64,000 nt of DNA from Octopus vulgaris (Eukaryota), in contig OX597823.1 of assembly GCA_951406725.2 (NCBI GenBank), positions 79,484,001-79,548,000 of the forward strand. The letters run 5' to 3'. The translations under genes and the position numbers were made by a program. The notes beneath the pieces were generated by a model. That model was not told the DNA's origin and did no database searches. It worked only from the letters and a program-made list of their open reading frames with translations. This document shows, piece by piece, positions 39,744-53,603 of this stretch (position 1 is its first letter; every line of letters begins with the position of its first letter).

Positions 39744-40559
39744 TATTACTAACTTGAATACGAACAATTTTCATACCCACAATTTTTGCCACGTTATCCT
39801 ATAAAGACATAGTCGCTTAACTTTTTTTAAAAGTTTTATAATTTTTAAATGCATTTTGTATTTTATTTATTTTTTAATTATACATAATGTATTTAATTTC
39901 CCTCTGCAGACAATTTTTATAATGTATCTTATGTAACAACGGTACATTAGTACTGATACAAATCATCCGTAATAGTTGCTGTGTAGAAATTTCACTAAAA
40001 TTTCTGACCGGAGAGAAAATGACGATTTAAGTGTGCAATTAACAAATTTACAATTTATCATGCACTCTCAGTTTCGTTTAAATTCCAATTTTCAAGCAAC
40101 ACATAGACCTTCCCTTGAGCGAATAATTGTTCATTACAAGAAACACAAAGTTTGTTTTCCATTTCCTTTTCGCATTTCGTCTATTGTCTGCTTTTATTTC
40201 ACCTGGAGCTTCTTTGTCTTCGGACTACTACCTACATATATATTAGTCACCTATGTTGCACTTCATAACAAGTATGGTGGTTGAAAATAAGAAATTCGAA
40301 TAACAAGCTGCGAAGTGGTAATATATATAAGTCGTAAAATATATAAATTTTAAATTCCCTTTTTCCGTATAGGAATCGAAAAGTAAATTAAGTAGAAGGC
40401 TGCAAAGCGAAGTGTTCAAGTAAAAACTGAGTCAAAAGACTAACTTAGATGTTAAAAGAATTAAAAAACATAGTTGGTCATACAACTTCAAATCATTCCC
40501 ATATACGGGGAGAGAGAGAGAGAAAAAGAGACAGATACTACCAACCGAAAATTCCGCAT

Positions 40560-40980
40560 ACCAGACACACTAACAGGCCTTCATCTCGACGGCGTAATTG
40601 TGCACCAGCCCGACTCACTGAGATCAGGCCCTGTTTGCTAGATTAACTGGTTTTTAGACTTTACTGGATATTCATCTAGCCATTGCTCGTCACTCCTTAA
40701 CAAAATCTGCGGCTTTCCTTCTGCATTGAAGCCTGGATGTAAACCATGACGGTATTTGCTTAATGATGAGTTATGCCTAGCAACAACCATCGTTTCACAT
40801 TGTATCCAACGAATCCTCCACCTGTAACTCCGATTGGAAAATATTTTGCTTTCCAGCTTGCGTCTCCACAGTCCTTGAGGAGGTGTTTATAACGGTCGAT
40901 ATTTCGAGTTCATATTATCTTCATGAGGAACTGTTAACTCGAATAGATTCACAACTTTCATTGTTTCACACCATATGCTT
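40560..40980 (-). pseudogene. 3' remnant of an R2-superfamily (Hero-like) non-LTR element, restriction-like endonuclease
   Basis: Manual minus-strand translation IWCETMKVVNLFELTVPHEDNM / YKHLLKDCGDASWKAKYFPIGVTGGGFVG resembles the RLE motif ELTVPWE.N...Y..L...C...GWK...FP.EVG.RGF; frameshifted; not in the ORF track. Confidence 0.65.
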
Positions 40981-41274
40981 TGTTTTTTGTTTGTTTGATT
41001 TTTTTTTTGCTCTTATTTGTTTCTTTTTACAGTTGCTGAGAGAGGAATAAGCTCAGTATACACAAAATATATATCAGATCTTTAAGTAATCTTTAAGTAT
41101 ATCTCGATCTTTAAGTAATCAAGTGAATTTGGCTTCATCGAAGGCAAGGCCTGCGACACCAAGAGTGAGTATATGATGGGAAATCCAAATCGAGCCAAGG
41201 GAAATAAACACAATTAGGATTGGTACGTATGTTTAAATGGAGCACAATAAAATGTAAAGAATAAGAATTAAGAA

Positions 41275-41675
41275 AAATAGAGAAAGCGAGACAGAGAGAG
41301 AAGGCGAATCATAGAAAGAGACAGAGAGAGAAAGAGAGACAGAGAGAAAAGGGACAGAGAGAGAAAGAGACAGAGAGAGAAAGCGGGACAGAGAGAGAAA
41401 GCGAGACAGAGAGAGAAGGCGAGTCAGAGAAAGAGACAGAAAGAGAGAAAGAGAGACAGAGAGAAAAAGGGACAGAGAGAGAAAGAGACGGAGAGAGAAA
41501 GCGAAATAGAAAGAGAAGGCGAGATAGAGAGAGAAAGCGAGACAAAGAGACAAAGTGAGACAGAGAGAGAAAACGAGATAGAGAGAGAGAGAGACAGAGA
41601 GAAAAAGCGTGACAGACAGAGCAAGAGACAGAAAGAGAAAGAGAGACAAAGAGAGAAAGAGACAGAGAGAGAGAG
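41275..41675. repeat. GA-rich low-complexity/minisatellite tract
   Basis: Repeated gagacagagagagaaa variants. Confidence 0.9.
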
Positions 41676-41704
41676 TGCTTGTGCAATGTTTTTTATCCTT
41701 TATG

Positions 41705-42065
41705 TTTTACTTGTTCCAGTCATTTGACTGCGGCCATGCTGGGGTGCCACCCTCAACAGCTTTAAGGAATCGACCAGAGTACATTCTTCATAGGCCTGGT
41801 ACTTATTTAGTCGGTTTCTTTTGCCGCTAAGTTACGGAGACAAGCATAGGTACAGACACGCACACGTACAAACACACACACACACACACATATGTATATA
41901 TGTATGTATATGCAACAGGCTTCCATCAGTTTCCGTCTACCAAATCCACTTACAATTTTTGGTCGGCCCAAGGTTACAGTAGGAAGCACTTGCCCAAAAC
42001 GTCACGCAGTGGGACTGAACCTGAAATTATGTGGCTGAGAAGCAAACATCTTGCCATGCCTGCGC
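41705..42065 (-). mobile_element. SINE family A, diverged
   Basis: cagtcatttgactgcggccatgctgggg tail and cacttgccca..gcagtgggactgaacc head. Confidence 0.75.
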
Positions 42066-42927
42066 CGCTCTATGCATATTTTTCTTCTTTTTAATTCAAT
42101 AAATTTTGGGGCTCATGTAAATATGATATTTGTATGAAGCCTGACTGTGCTTGTCTATCTTACTACCGCTCTCTCTTTCTCTCTGTCGCCTTTCTTTCTC
42201 TCTCTCGTTTTCTCTCTCTCGCTCTCTCTCTCTCTATATATATATATATACATATCACGCACTCTCTCTCACACATTCTCTCTCCTTCACTTTCAATATT
42301 TATATGATAGTATAAGAGATAGTGAAAATCAGAATGAAAGTTAATGTGTGTGCATGTGTGTGTGCGTGTGTGTGTGTGTTTGTGTGTGTGCGTTTGTGTG
42401 TGTGACTGTGTGTGTGCGTGTGTATGTGTGTGTGTGCGTGCGTGTGTGTATGTGTGTGACTGCGTGTGTGTGTGTGTGTTTCTGTGTACAGTACGTATTA
42501 CGTGACAGAAATAAAAGATGGCAGCAAAATTTCACCGGCAGTAATTATACGTATATACGTGTTTCAATATCTATTACGTTGACACTATGAAACACTCAGT
42601 CGTTTACATGTTAAATTAAGTTAATTTAACCACGTATAGTTCCGCCGATTGAACAACACACTGCTCCTCGTCGTAAATAACTGGCTATCCGCTTCTCTAT
42701 TGTTCCTAGCGACTTCAAGGCCATTCTTCATACAAAGGTAAGATTGCATTTAAATTCCGTCACATACATCAAGCTTTAATTAACCTTACAGTCTATTGCC
42801 TTCAAACTCCAGTTTTCCATTCTATTCCTCAGCTCGTAGCCATTCTAAATGTATTTTTGTTCTTTTACAAATCTATTTAATTCTCATTTTACCTCTATCT
42901 TTTCTTTTTATCTATTGATCCATCTAC

Positions 42928-42997
<70 letters not shown>

Positions 42998-43079
42998 CCC
43001 CCTCCAAAGCCCAACCGTTCTCCTCACCGTGGTGCTGGGGGTGGTAACGGCATATGGTAAGTATGCTGGCTAAACGGCT
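42998..43079 (+). ncRNA. Candidate HDV-like ribozyme at the RTE 5' end
   Basis: P1 ccccc/ggggg, L3-like tcctcacc, GG-taac, P4 cggcatat-ggtaa-gtatgctg, J4/2 gctaa, P2 ccgt/acgg; P3 pairing is ambiguous. Confidence 0.5.
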
Positions 43080-46000
43080 CTGGCATGGGGAAAGACCTGG
43101 CCACCTACCCCAGTATCCTGGCCAATATACTCTATGGTGTAAGAATTCTAATATGATGGTACCAAACAGTGGGATCTCCGGGCTGCGAGATACCACATTG
43201 GCTACTGGGGAAGAGCACAAGGATAATCATAATAGCGGCAGTATTGATGACGCGGATGGGACAAATCCTTCTGGACACCTGCCTGCTGATGTAGCCACCA
43301 GTGAACTGAGATCCCTGCGCTGCACAAAAGTCACAAAAATTGGAATGTGGAACGTAAGGGGGATGAACATTGGGAAGTTGGACACCATCAAGAAGGAAAT
43401 TAATCGGTTAAACATCGATATCCTGGGAGTCAGCGAAGTTCATTGGACTGGCAATGGTTTCTTCAACTCTGGTGATCATACAATGTAATTTTCGGGCAAT
43501 AGTAAGACCAGACAACATGGAGTGGGATTTGTTCTATACAAGAAAATGTCCAAATACGTTGAAAGTTTCCAGACCATGAGTGATCGAGTGATTACCATTC
43601 ACATCAAAGCCAAACCCAACAACATCACATTGCTACAAATCTACGCGCCAACTGCCGACGCTGAAGAAGATGAGATTGAAACATTCTATGCAGAAATTCA
43701 GGGCGCAATCGAGGAAACACCACGAGCAGATGCTGTTGTGTATATTCTGGGAGATTTCAATGCCAAAATTGGAGAAATGGCAGAAGCAGACATCGTTGGC
43801 AAATTTGGATTAGGAGAACGGAATGAAGCAGGAGATCGGCTGGTCCAATTTTGTCAAGAACAACACATGCGGTTAACCAATACTTGGTTTCGGCAACCAA
43901 GAAGAAGATTATACACCTGGATATCGCCAAGTGGACAGTACCGCAATCAAATCGACAACATCCTATGTCAGCAACGGTGGAAGAGTTCAGTCCAAGTTGT
44001 GAAGACGTTCCCTGGGGCAGACTGTGGATCTGACCATGAACTTCTGGTTGCCAAGATCAAGATGCGACTCTGCAGCGTCAAGCGACCACCCGCTTACCAG
44101 AAATTTGATACCAGCAAGATCGGTCCATCATATGCCGCTGAGATCAGAAACCGCTTCGAACTGCTCACCATCGAATAGAATCAAGAAGCAGAAGAAATAT
44201 GGGAGAAGGTGAAGGAAATTGTCGTTGAAACAGCAGAGAAACATGTACTGTACAAGAAACCCATACGATCAGCAAAGTGGATTTCGGAGGAGACTATTGC
44301 AATAGCAGAAGAAAGAAGGAGAGCAAAGATGACCAGAAGCAGGGATGAAGTACGGCGCCTGAATGCAATGTTCCAACAGGCCGCCAGGAAGGACAAAGAG
44401 AAATACTGGAATGAAGAATGTGCAAGGGCAGAGGAGGCATACAGGAAAGGGAACATGAGAGAACTTTACCAACATGTAAAGAAGACCCGTACAGCATTCA
44501 CGGCCAGACAAGCAACCATCCGAGGGAGAAATAGTGAAGAACTGCATGACCAAGAAGGGATCAGGAAAATATGGAAAGAGTACACTGAACAGTTGTATGC
44601 AGGAAACGACCTCGATGAATAGGCAGAAGAGAAGCCACTGGAACTGGAACCAGACATCCTGGACGATGAGGTGGTATGGGCAATGAAACAGCTGACCAAC
44701 CGAAAAGCCCCAGGTACTGATGGTATTCCACCAGAATTACTCAAGCCAATACCAACAAAAACACTAACATCGCTTTGCCAACGAATATGGAGAACCTGTA
44801 AGTGGCCAAGGGAATGGAAGAGGTCAGTTTTCATCACAATACCAAAGAAAAGAGATACCAAGGACTGCGCAAACTACCGTACCATCACCCTGGTCCCCCC
44901 CCCCCCTGTAAGCAAAATTCTCCTTAAACACAACTATTGAGAGAGAATTGCCAGAGGTGCAAGCTGGTTTCAGAAAGGGAAGAGGCACCCGCGATCACAT
45001 CGCCAACCTACGGTGGATTATGGAAAAGGCAAGAGAATACCAAAAGAAGCTGTACATGTGTTTCATCGATTACTCCAAAGCCTTTGACAGCATTGATCAT
45101 GACAAGTTATGGAAATGTCTGGAGGAAATGGGAACACCTTTACACCTTGTCCAGCTTATTAGATCACTCTATCAAAACCAACAGGCTACAGTACGGACAC
45201 AATATGGCGACACTGATTGGTTTGAGATTGGAAAAGGCACTCGGCAAGGTTGCATCCTGTCACCAGTAGCCTTCAACACGTACGCTGAAAAGGTCATGAG
45301 GAATGCCGGCCTGGAGGATAGCAGCATTGGAGTGAGGATTGGAGGAAGAAATATTAATAACCTTCGCTATGCAGATGATACAACCCTGCAGGCGGAGAGT
45401 GGTAAGGATCTGGAGGATCTTGTCCTGCTGGTCAAGAAAGAGAGGGAGAAATTTGGGCTGTATCTCAATGTTAAGAAAACGAAGATCATGTCAACATCAG
45501 CCACAACAAACATCAGCATCAAGATCGATAATGAAGCGATTGAAGTGGTTGATGATTTCATCTTCCTTGGCTCCAAAATAAATCGAGATGGCGACTGCAC
45601 TCCAGAAATAAGACGGTGGATAGTACTAGGCAGAGAGGCAATGGTCACCATTAGCAGGGTCTGGAAGAGTAGATACATCAGACTCGCTACCAAATGCAGA
45701 TTGGTGAATGCAATTGTCTTCCCAATAGCGACATATGGACGCGAGACCTGGACACTAAAGAAAGCTGACCAGAAGAGTATTAATGCATTCGAGCTTTGGT
45801 GTTGGAGAAGACTTTTACGGATTGCATGGACAGCGAGGTTCACCAATGGAGAAGTCCTTAAGCAGATGAGGCCGAAAATGTCGCTAGAAGCTTGAATCAC
45901 CAAGCATAGATTGGCATATTTCGGTCATATTATGCGGAGAAAATCCCGGGAGAAGGACATCATGCTCGGAATGGTCAGTGGCAAGAGAGGAAGAAACCGA

Positions 46001-46141
46001 CCAAGAACCCGCTGGCTTGACGCCATCAAGAGTGATACCGGAATGGACATAACCAGTCTGAAAGAAGCGATCCAGGATAGAACTGACTGGAGGACACTGA
46101 TCCAACGAGTGACCGAGAGTCGACTACGACTGAGCGGTTAG
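43054..46141 (+). pseudogene. RTE ORF (APE endonuclease + reverse transcriptase), 4 premature stops and one net frameshift near 44890-44940
   Basis: GMWNVRGM, LGVSEVHW, GDFNAKIG, SDHELL, KAPGTDGIP, FIDYSKAFD, GTRQGCILSP, LRYADD, YFGHIMR, RPRTRWLD; stops at 43486, 44176, 44620, 45893. Confidence 0.93.
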
Positions 46142-46164
46142 AAGAAGAAGAAGAAGAAGAAGAA

Positions 46165-46959
<795 letters not shown>

Positions 46960-46960
<1 letters not shown>

Positions 46961-47497
46961 ATAGTGTACATTTAGACACAAACTGCCTTTAACAAGCAGT
47001 TTTACACGCTAGAAGAAGCAGTCGAAATGATCAAAACCACATTTAAGAACAATTTCGAAGGGAATGGAAAATAAGAAAAACCTTTACCTTGTTATTTTTT
47101 TACGATCATACCTAGATTTCGAATATTATTTAGCAAATAAAATAATTTGCTAGCCGAAATTTTCATCAGTAACCGCGCCATAACATTAACATATCATTTA
47201 GAGACATATAATACGTGTCTCATCATGATATATTATAATTTTTCAAATTCACTGCGCACGCGCTGTTTCAGTCGACACCAAATGAAAGAAATGCCGAATT
47301 AATCTTCTGAAAATTCTAAAACATATCCGTAACATATATAGGGCAACGAGTTTTTTAGAAACTTCACTACCAGTGGCCTAGCATGTATAAAAAACTCAAT
47401 AAACAACAAATTGTTGTCTACTGCCTCTTTTATACATGCTAGGCCACTGGTAGTGAAGTATCTAAAAAAACTCGATACCCTATATATTTTACGCATG
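46960..47497 (-). mobile_element. HHR element with terminal inverted arm (47351-47391 / 47427-47470); circular permutation of the 59700 copy
   Basis: Shares aaaatagtgtac..gctagaagaagcag..aaaaccac and ccagtggcctagcatgtataaa blocks with 59715-59880 but in swapped order. Confidence 0.7.
47104..47174 (-). ncRNA. Type I hammerhead ribozyme, weak stems
   Basis: Minus: ggtta CTGATGA aaat..tagcaaat-tatttt-atttgcta..attc GAAA tctagg TA tgatc. Confidence 0.55.
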
Positions 47498-47518
47498 TAT
47501 ATATATATATATATATAT

Positions 47519-47708
47519 ACAGTTGAAATTTATAAAAAAAAAGCAAAACACGAAGACAGGTGTATAATCAACAAACAAATGTATTAGTTTAACGATCGGG
47601 AAGGTGAGAAAATATTTTACGTTTCGAGCCTACGCTTTTCAACGGAAAGAAACAAGATGAAATAAACACAGAGAGAATAAAAAATCTCTTGGACCTAGCG
47701 GTGAATCA
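47519..47708 (-). mobile_element. Short repeat family with a hammerhead-like core (copy 3)
   Basis: Minus: ttt CCGTTGA a aag-cgtagg-ctc GAAA cg TA aaa. Confidence 0.6.
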
Positions 47709-47717
47709 CACACACAC

Positions 47718-47760
<43 letters not shown>

Positions 47761-47839
47761 TTTACACTTTGATAGGCTTCGGTCAGTATTGGCCCAGATC
47801 ATGTCCAACTGAATAGCACCACCTCGCAAGGTCATTCAC

Positions 47840-49250
47840 TACAAGCAAACAGATTCTAAACAAAAGTTACTATTCTCCTCATGCCATCCCAAACAGAAGA
47901 AGAATAATATCCCCTTCAATCTAGCAAGAAGAATCTGCACAATTGTCTCAAGCTCTGAAACTTGCAATAAAAGACCCCAGGAACTAAAGCAAGAAGCATG
48001 TACTACTTTTAAGACAATATCCATTAATGCTGATAGACAATAGAATATAACGTGCCAAAGTAAAAACACTCCAGTTACACCCAATAATCTACCTTTTATT
48101 ACAACACACAACCCAAGAAACACGGTGGTTTACAATATTATCCACCAGAACATCCGACTACTAATACAAGACTCAAGAATAAAACAAGCATTCGAAATAC
48201 ACAAACTCATCAAAAGTAAAAGAGAATCAAAATCCCTCAAAAATTCCTCACAAGCGTCAAATTACATTTCCTACACCAATACTCGAAAAATGTCGCCGCC
48301 CCAATTGCGGGACCTGTATCAACCTTATTGTAGACACAACATAAAAATTCAAATCAAGAGAGACTTTTACCGTAAAAACTCACTTTACATGTTCTTCAAA
48401 AATCTAATATACGCTATCAAATGTCAATGATGTAATCAAGATTACGTAGGTCAAACAAAGCTTCCTCTAAGAAATAGACTAACCATTCACCGACAACAAA
48501 TACGAAACTCTAGTACTAGACGGGTCCCACAGAATGGTCACATGAACATGTATGCAAAACATAAATCTCACAAATTCCAGGTCTTCCCACTCTACCTGTG
48601 TTCAGCGAATACTACAGATGAAGCAAGGATAAATAAAGAAAATACTTTCATACAAAAGTACAAATCAAGACTTGACAAACTTTAACAGAATATATTCACA
48701 AATAACTATCCACACATAAAATTCATTCTGCCACTTCTCATGAGGAAGCTACAAACTAACAACCTGAATTTTAACCATTGGACTACAAACTCCTCTCCCA
48801 TCAGACAGATTAGATTTTGACTGTCTTGATTATAACTAAACATGTTCACTCAACCGTATCCGCCTTCTTTTTAGGCGCAAAATATACTGCCACGTGACAC
48901 TAACGCACGGACGGAGCGGGAAACGTACAAAAGTTTCTAAGAGCGCGGAACCTGCAAAAGTTTCTAAGACCAGTGATGTGATTATCCTCTACCAATCAAA
49001 TTCTATTCAAAACATATACTAATTTGCGCCATGAACTCCCTATAAAACAGGGGAAACTTCAAACACTAGTCAGAAGCAAGACAGCTGCGAAATAAGCCAC
49101 TTCTTTCTATTTGAACTTTTTGAAAATCAATGTCAACTGTGAAACCGGTTAAAGCTTTAAATATATTAATAAAAAATATTTTAACTATTCTCAGTGCCTT
49201 TTCAACTTGTATTTTTCCTATGCTTCTACCAATGTGGAATAAAAATAACT
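47840..49250 (+). pseudogene. 5'-truncated Penelope-like element (RT thumb + GIY-YIG remnant + pLTR)
   Basis: SSCHPKQKKNNIPFNLARRICT and NLIYAIKCQ*CNQDYVGQTKLPLRNRLTIHRQQIR parallel the 56400-57070 protein; CCAAT and TATAAAA then a degenerate HHR (cttt TTGAAAA tca..tgt GAAA ccgg TT aaag, 49116-49154). Confidence 0.8.
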
Positions 49251-49255
49251 TTGTT

Positions 49256-49299
<44 letters not shown>

Positions 49300-49320
49300 T
49301 TCTCTCTCTCTCTTTATCTC

Positions 49321-49394
<74 letters not shown>

Positions 49395-49405
49395 CATATA
49401 TATAT

Positions 49406-49604
49406 TATTTTACTTGTTTCAGTCATTTTACTGCGGTCATGCTGGAGCACCGCCTTTAGTCGAACAATTCGACCCCAGGGCTTATTATTTGTAAGCCTAG
49501 TGTTTATTCTATCGGTCTCTTTTACTGCTAAGTTACGGGGACGTAAACACACCAACAGCTGTTGTCAAACGTTTGTGTTGGGGGACAAACACAGACACAC
49601 AAAC

Positions 49605-49636
<32 letters not shown>

Positions 49637-49955
49637 GAGGGGCCTCGTTGAGTTTCCGTCCACCAAATCCACACGCAAGGCTTTGATCGGCCTGAGGCTA
49701 TAGCAGAAGACACTTGCCCAAGGTTCCACAAAGTGGGACTGAACCTGGAACCATGTGGTTGGGAAGCAAGCTTCTTACCACACAGCCATGCGTTCTCATA
49801 TATAAACGACAGGCTTCTTTCATATCTACCAAATCCACTGACAAGACTTTAGTAGGGCTGAGGCCATAGTAGAAGACACTTGCCCAAGGTAGCACGCAGT
49901 GGAACTGAACCCGAAACCATGTTGCTGAGAAGAATGCTTCTTACCACACAGCCAC
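49406..49955 (-). mobile_element. SINE family A with tandemly duplicated head module
   Basis: accaaatccac..gaagacacttgcccaagg..cttcttaccacacagcca occurs twice (49660-49790, 49825-49955). Confidence 0.8.
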
Positions 49956-50249
49956 AATATTTTTTCTCTTATTTGTTACAAACAATGTAAATATGTGTGT
50001 TTATTTCTCTATGTACAAACATGTGTGTATGTTGTTTTTTATATGCTTTCATATGTGTATGAGCACTCGTGTATATGAGTTTTTTATGTTCTCTATTCCG
50101 TAATGATTGCCAAATCTAATCACAGTCACTTAATGTTGTTTTTTTTTTGTTTTCTTTTCAAACGTTCGTTAATTTTTAAGTTTTAGATATTATCAGGTTA
50201 AACATTTCCAGGTTTTTTGCAATATCATCACCATCAATAATAACTGTTT

Positions 50250-50985
50250 TGTATATGCATGTGTATGAAATTGTGTTTGTGTGATTGTATGGGTATACAC
50301 GTATGTGTCTATGTGGAGACTGTTCATGTGTGTGATTCTGTGTAGCTGTGAGTGTGTGTGGATGTTTGTGTGTGTGTATGATTAATTATATATGTTGCTG
50401 TGTGTGTGTGTGTAGTTGCTTGTGTATGTGTGACTGTGTGTATATGTGGCTGTGAGCATGTGTGGTTGATGGTGTGTGGTTATGTGTGTGTATGTGGCCG
50501 TGAACGTGTAAGTATTTATTTGTGTGTCTGTGGTTTGTATGTGTGCGTTGCCGTGTGTGTGTGAATGTGATTGTGTGCGTGTGTATGAGTGTTTCTGTGT
50601 ATGTATGTATGACTGTAAGTGTGTGGTTGCTTGTGTGTGTGTATGTGTGAGTATTTGCGTGTGTGTGTGTGTGTGTGTGTTTGTGTGTGGAGGGACTGAT
50701 TTTTTTTAGAGAGATAAAGAGATACAGAGAAAGCATATATACTTAGATTACTAGATATCGTTTTGTATACGTACAAATATGTTTGTGCATATTTCTGTCT
50801 GTGTGATTTTTCGTGTATAACATTATGTCTACCATTCTGTGTAAGAGTCTGCATCTCCTCATGTTTGTATGTATTTATGTTCATTTATAAGTGTATGTGT
50901 GTGCACGTGTGCGAGTGTGTATGTATGTGTGTATGCATGCTTGTGTTTATGTCTGTGTGTGTGTGTGTGTGTCTATGTGTTTCGG
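50250..50985. repeat. Degenerate (TG)n low-complexity tract
   Basis: Seen directly. Confidence 0.85.
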
Positions 50986-51624
50986 CAGTTGTTGCCTCTT
51001 TATCATGAACTGTCATTTACGGCTGTATATTAATCATAACTTAACGCTCATATCTGCTGCATCTGCTGTCAGAAGCTCTAACATAACAACATAGACGTGT
51101 TAAGAATTTGTTAAGAACGAGTTTGTTGAGTGAAAGCTATTATAATTTCTCTCTCCCCCTCTCTTTCCTTCCTCCTCTCTCTCTCTATTTTTTTAAGAGT
51201 CGCTACTAATATCATGATCCCTTGATTTGTTGTTTCCTTGCAGTAACTAATTGATCGAATTATCGATATCAAAAACATTTTTTTTTCTGCGGCAGCCTTT
51301 CCTAAACCCGTCTTTATATTCAGACATTTTATATCTAGGACTATATTATTCTTTATGCATGACAGTATGCTCTGATTAATAGATAATTGACTGTTATTTC
51401 TTGTAAGTGCAATGACTCCGTATAAATTTCCTTTATATCAAGCGACACTCAAGTTGTTTCAAGCCTATGCTATTGTAAATCCATCGATGTTCATTTTTCT
51501 TTCGATATAAACACTACACAGTATCCTTAAAGAGGGGCCAAGGAGCTTCTTGATACTGAGACCTAGTTTCCATTCAGATCTGCCCAGTGTAATGTCAACA
51601 CAGCAATCAGCAGCGCTAGTATTG

Positions 51625-52170
51625 TAAACATCATCGAACGCACATACTCGGTGCATGTGCTTCGTTTGTATGCCCGTCGGCTGCGATTTGATGAGGTGGA
51701 GTTGACTCTCAAACACATAACAGTCATAGACAGTCGAGACAACATACCCTGAGCCCCATTCTAGAGCGATGGGCATCGATGCTTTGCCATGTTTGTGGCT
51801 TATCAATATCATGTAGCTGAACCGAACCGGAGGCAAATTGAAAAGCCTTCCCATGACTAAATGTACGATGGTGTAAAAACCATTTGCTGGTATGCCCGAA
51901 CGATGCCTACGTAGAAATAAATTCAAATATAAATTAGACATATAAAATTTACATAGTCATGAATAGGCTATTCAATTTCTCTCCAGTTCAGCTCGGCTAC
52001 ATGCTTATAAGCCACATACGTAGTGAAACATAAAGGGGACTCGGAGTAACTTATTTCGCCTGTCTATGGCTTTCAGGTGTTTTAAAGCTCAGCACATTTC
52101 TACTGCATCAAATCGCAGCCTACTGGCAGAGCTCATACATTGAGTATGCGTGTTCGATAATGTTCATATG
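51625..52170. mobile_element. Degenerate ~550-bp fold-back (long imperfect palindrome), MITE-like
   Basis: Nested inverted pairs: ggctgcgatttgatg/catcaaatcgcagcc, catgtagctga/tcggctacatg, atgactaaatgta/tttacatagtcat, centred near 51900. Confidence 0.6.
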
Positions 52171-52676
52171 AAGATATATATATATATATATATGCAAATA
52201 AATAACAAGGATGTCCAGGTGTCAATGCACTACGGCCGTTCCAAGCGGCTCAATTTAATTGATCAATGAAAACATTATATCAGTTTCAATGATAGAAACA
52301 GCACTCCTCAGAGTCAGATGACCATATAGATTCCAACATAAAAGATAAGCTATTTTTAGCATTTATAGCAAGTTTATTTGAGTACTAGAAACCAAAATAA
52401 TTACATTGTTGTTTTTTTGTCATGATTATAGCAGAATGAATTCGGAGAATAATGCATATCTATTTAAGTTTACTATAATTTATGGAGTAGTAGAGGAAAA
52501 TAGAGAGGGTCAAGATATAGGAGTGGTGAGTTATTTATTTCTATTTTTATTTACAAGATTGTATGCAGCATATCGTCTACAAACACATAGAATTCAATCC
52601 ATTGGGAGTTGTCAGCTATATTCCAGTTGATGGTGATAAGTTAATTGTCAGACTACATACATACATATATATATAC

Positions 52677-52751
<75 letters not shown>

Positions 52752-52756
52752 GGTCC

Positions 52757-53057
<301 letters not shown>

Positions 53058-53603
53058 CATATCTGTCTAAACAATCCCGCTACAAAGCCAAATACGAAGC
53101 TATCGATGATGAAATCAGAGACGAAATATCCAAACTAACGACCGGCAATATAGCAGAAAAAATACGAGAACTATGGACCAGAGATATCTCAAAAGAAGAA
53201 AGCAGATCAAGAAAGTTTTGGCAGCTGAAACAATTATTTCTCGACAAAAATGCTACAAATTACGGTAAAACACCAGAACTCTGAGAAATAGCATTAAAAG
53301 TGGACAACCTCACCAACGCAACATACGCCAGAACACGTGGCAACATGAATACCCGTTTCACCACGAATCGAAGACGAACTACGGTAAGAACTCTTACCTT
53401 TTTGTATGCTAACAAACAAAATAGATACTCCTCTGATCAGACCATTAGCAGTAGAAATAACAGGAGATCATTTTCAAGACCTCAACAGAGATTACCCACA
53501 AGAAACTGGATAAAAAAACCGATCAAGATCTGGAAGTAAACCCAGATCATTTCCCCAGGTGGTTAAAAACAATACTAACACGAAATTGAAAAATAATATA
53601 CAT

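Larger units (their letters stand above)
42998..46163 (+). mobile_element. Near full-length RTE-clade LINE with (GAA)n tail, inserted in a (CTAT)n tract
   Basis: APE endonuclease plus RT in one disrupted frame; short 3' end gagtcgactacgactgagcggtta(gaa)n; (CTAT)n on both flanks. Confidence 0.93.

Noticed and set aside
48428-48430. In-frame TGA in the GIY-YIG CxxC (KCQ*C), considered as possible selenocysteine
   Set aside because: The TGA is at a non-Cys position and the copy has many other disabling mutations; most simply a nonsense mutation.
52225-52315. Minus CTGAGGA...GGAA cggccg TA motif resembling the 14144 family
   Set aside because: GAAA is altered and stem I does not pair; counted only as a possible decayed relative.
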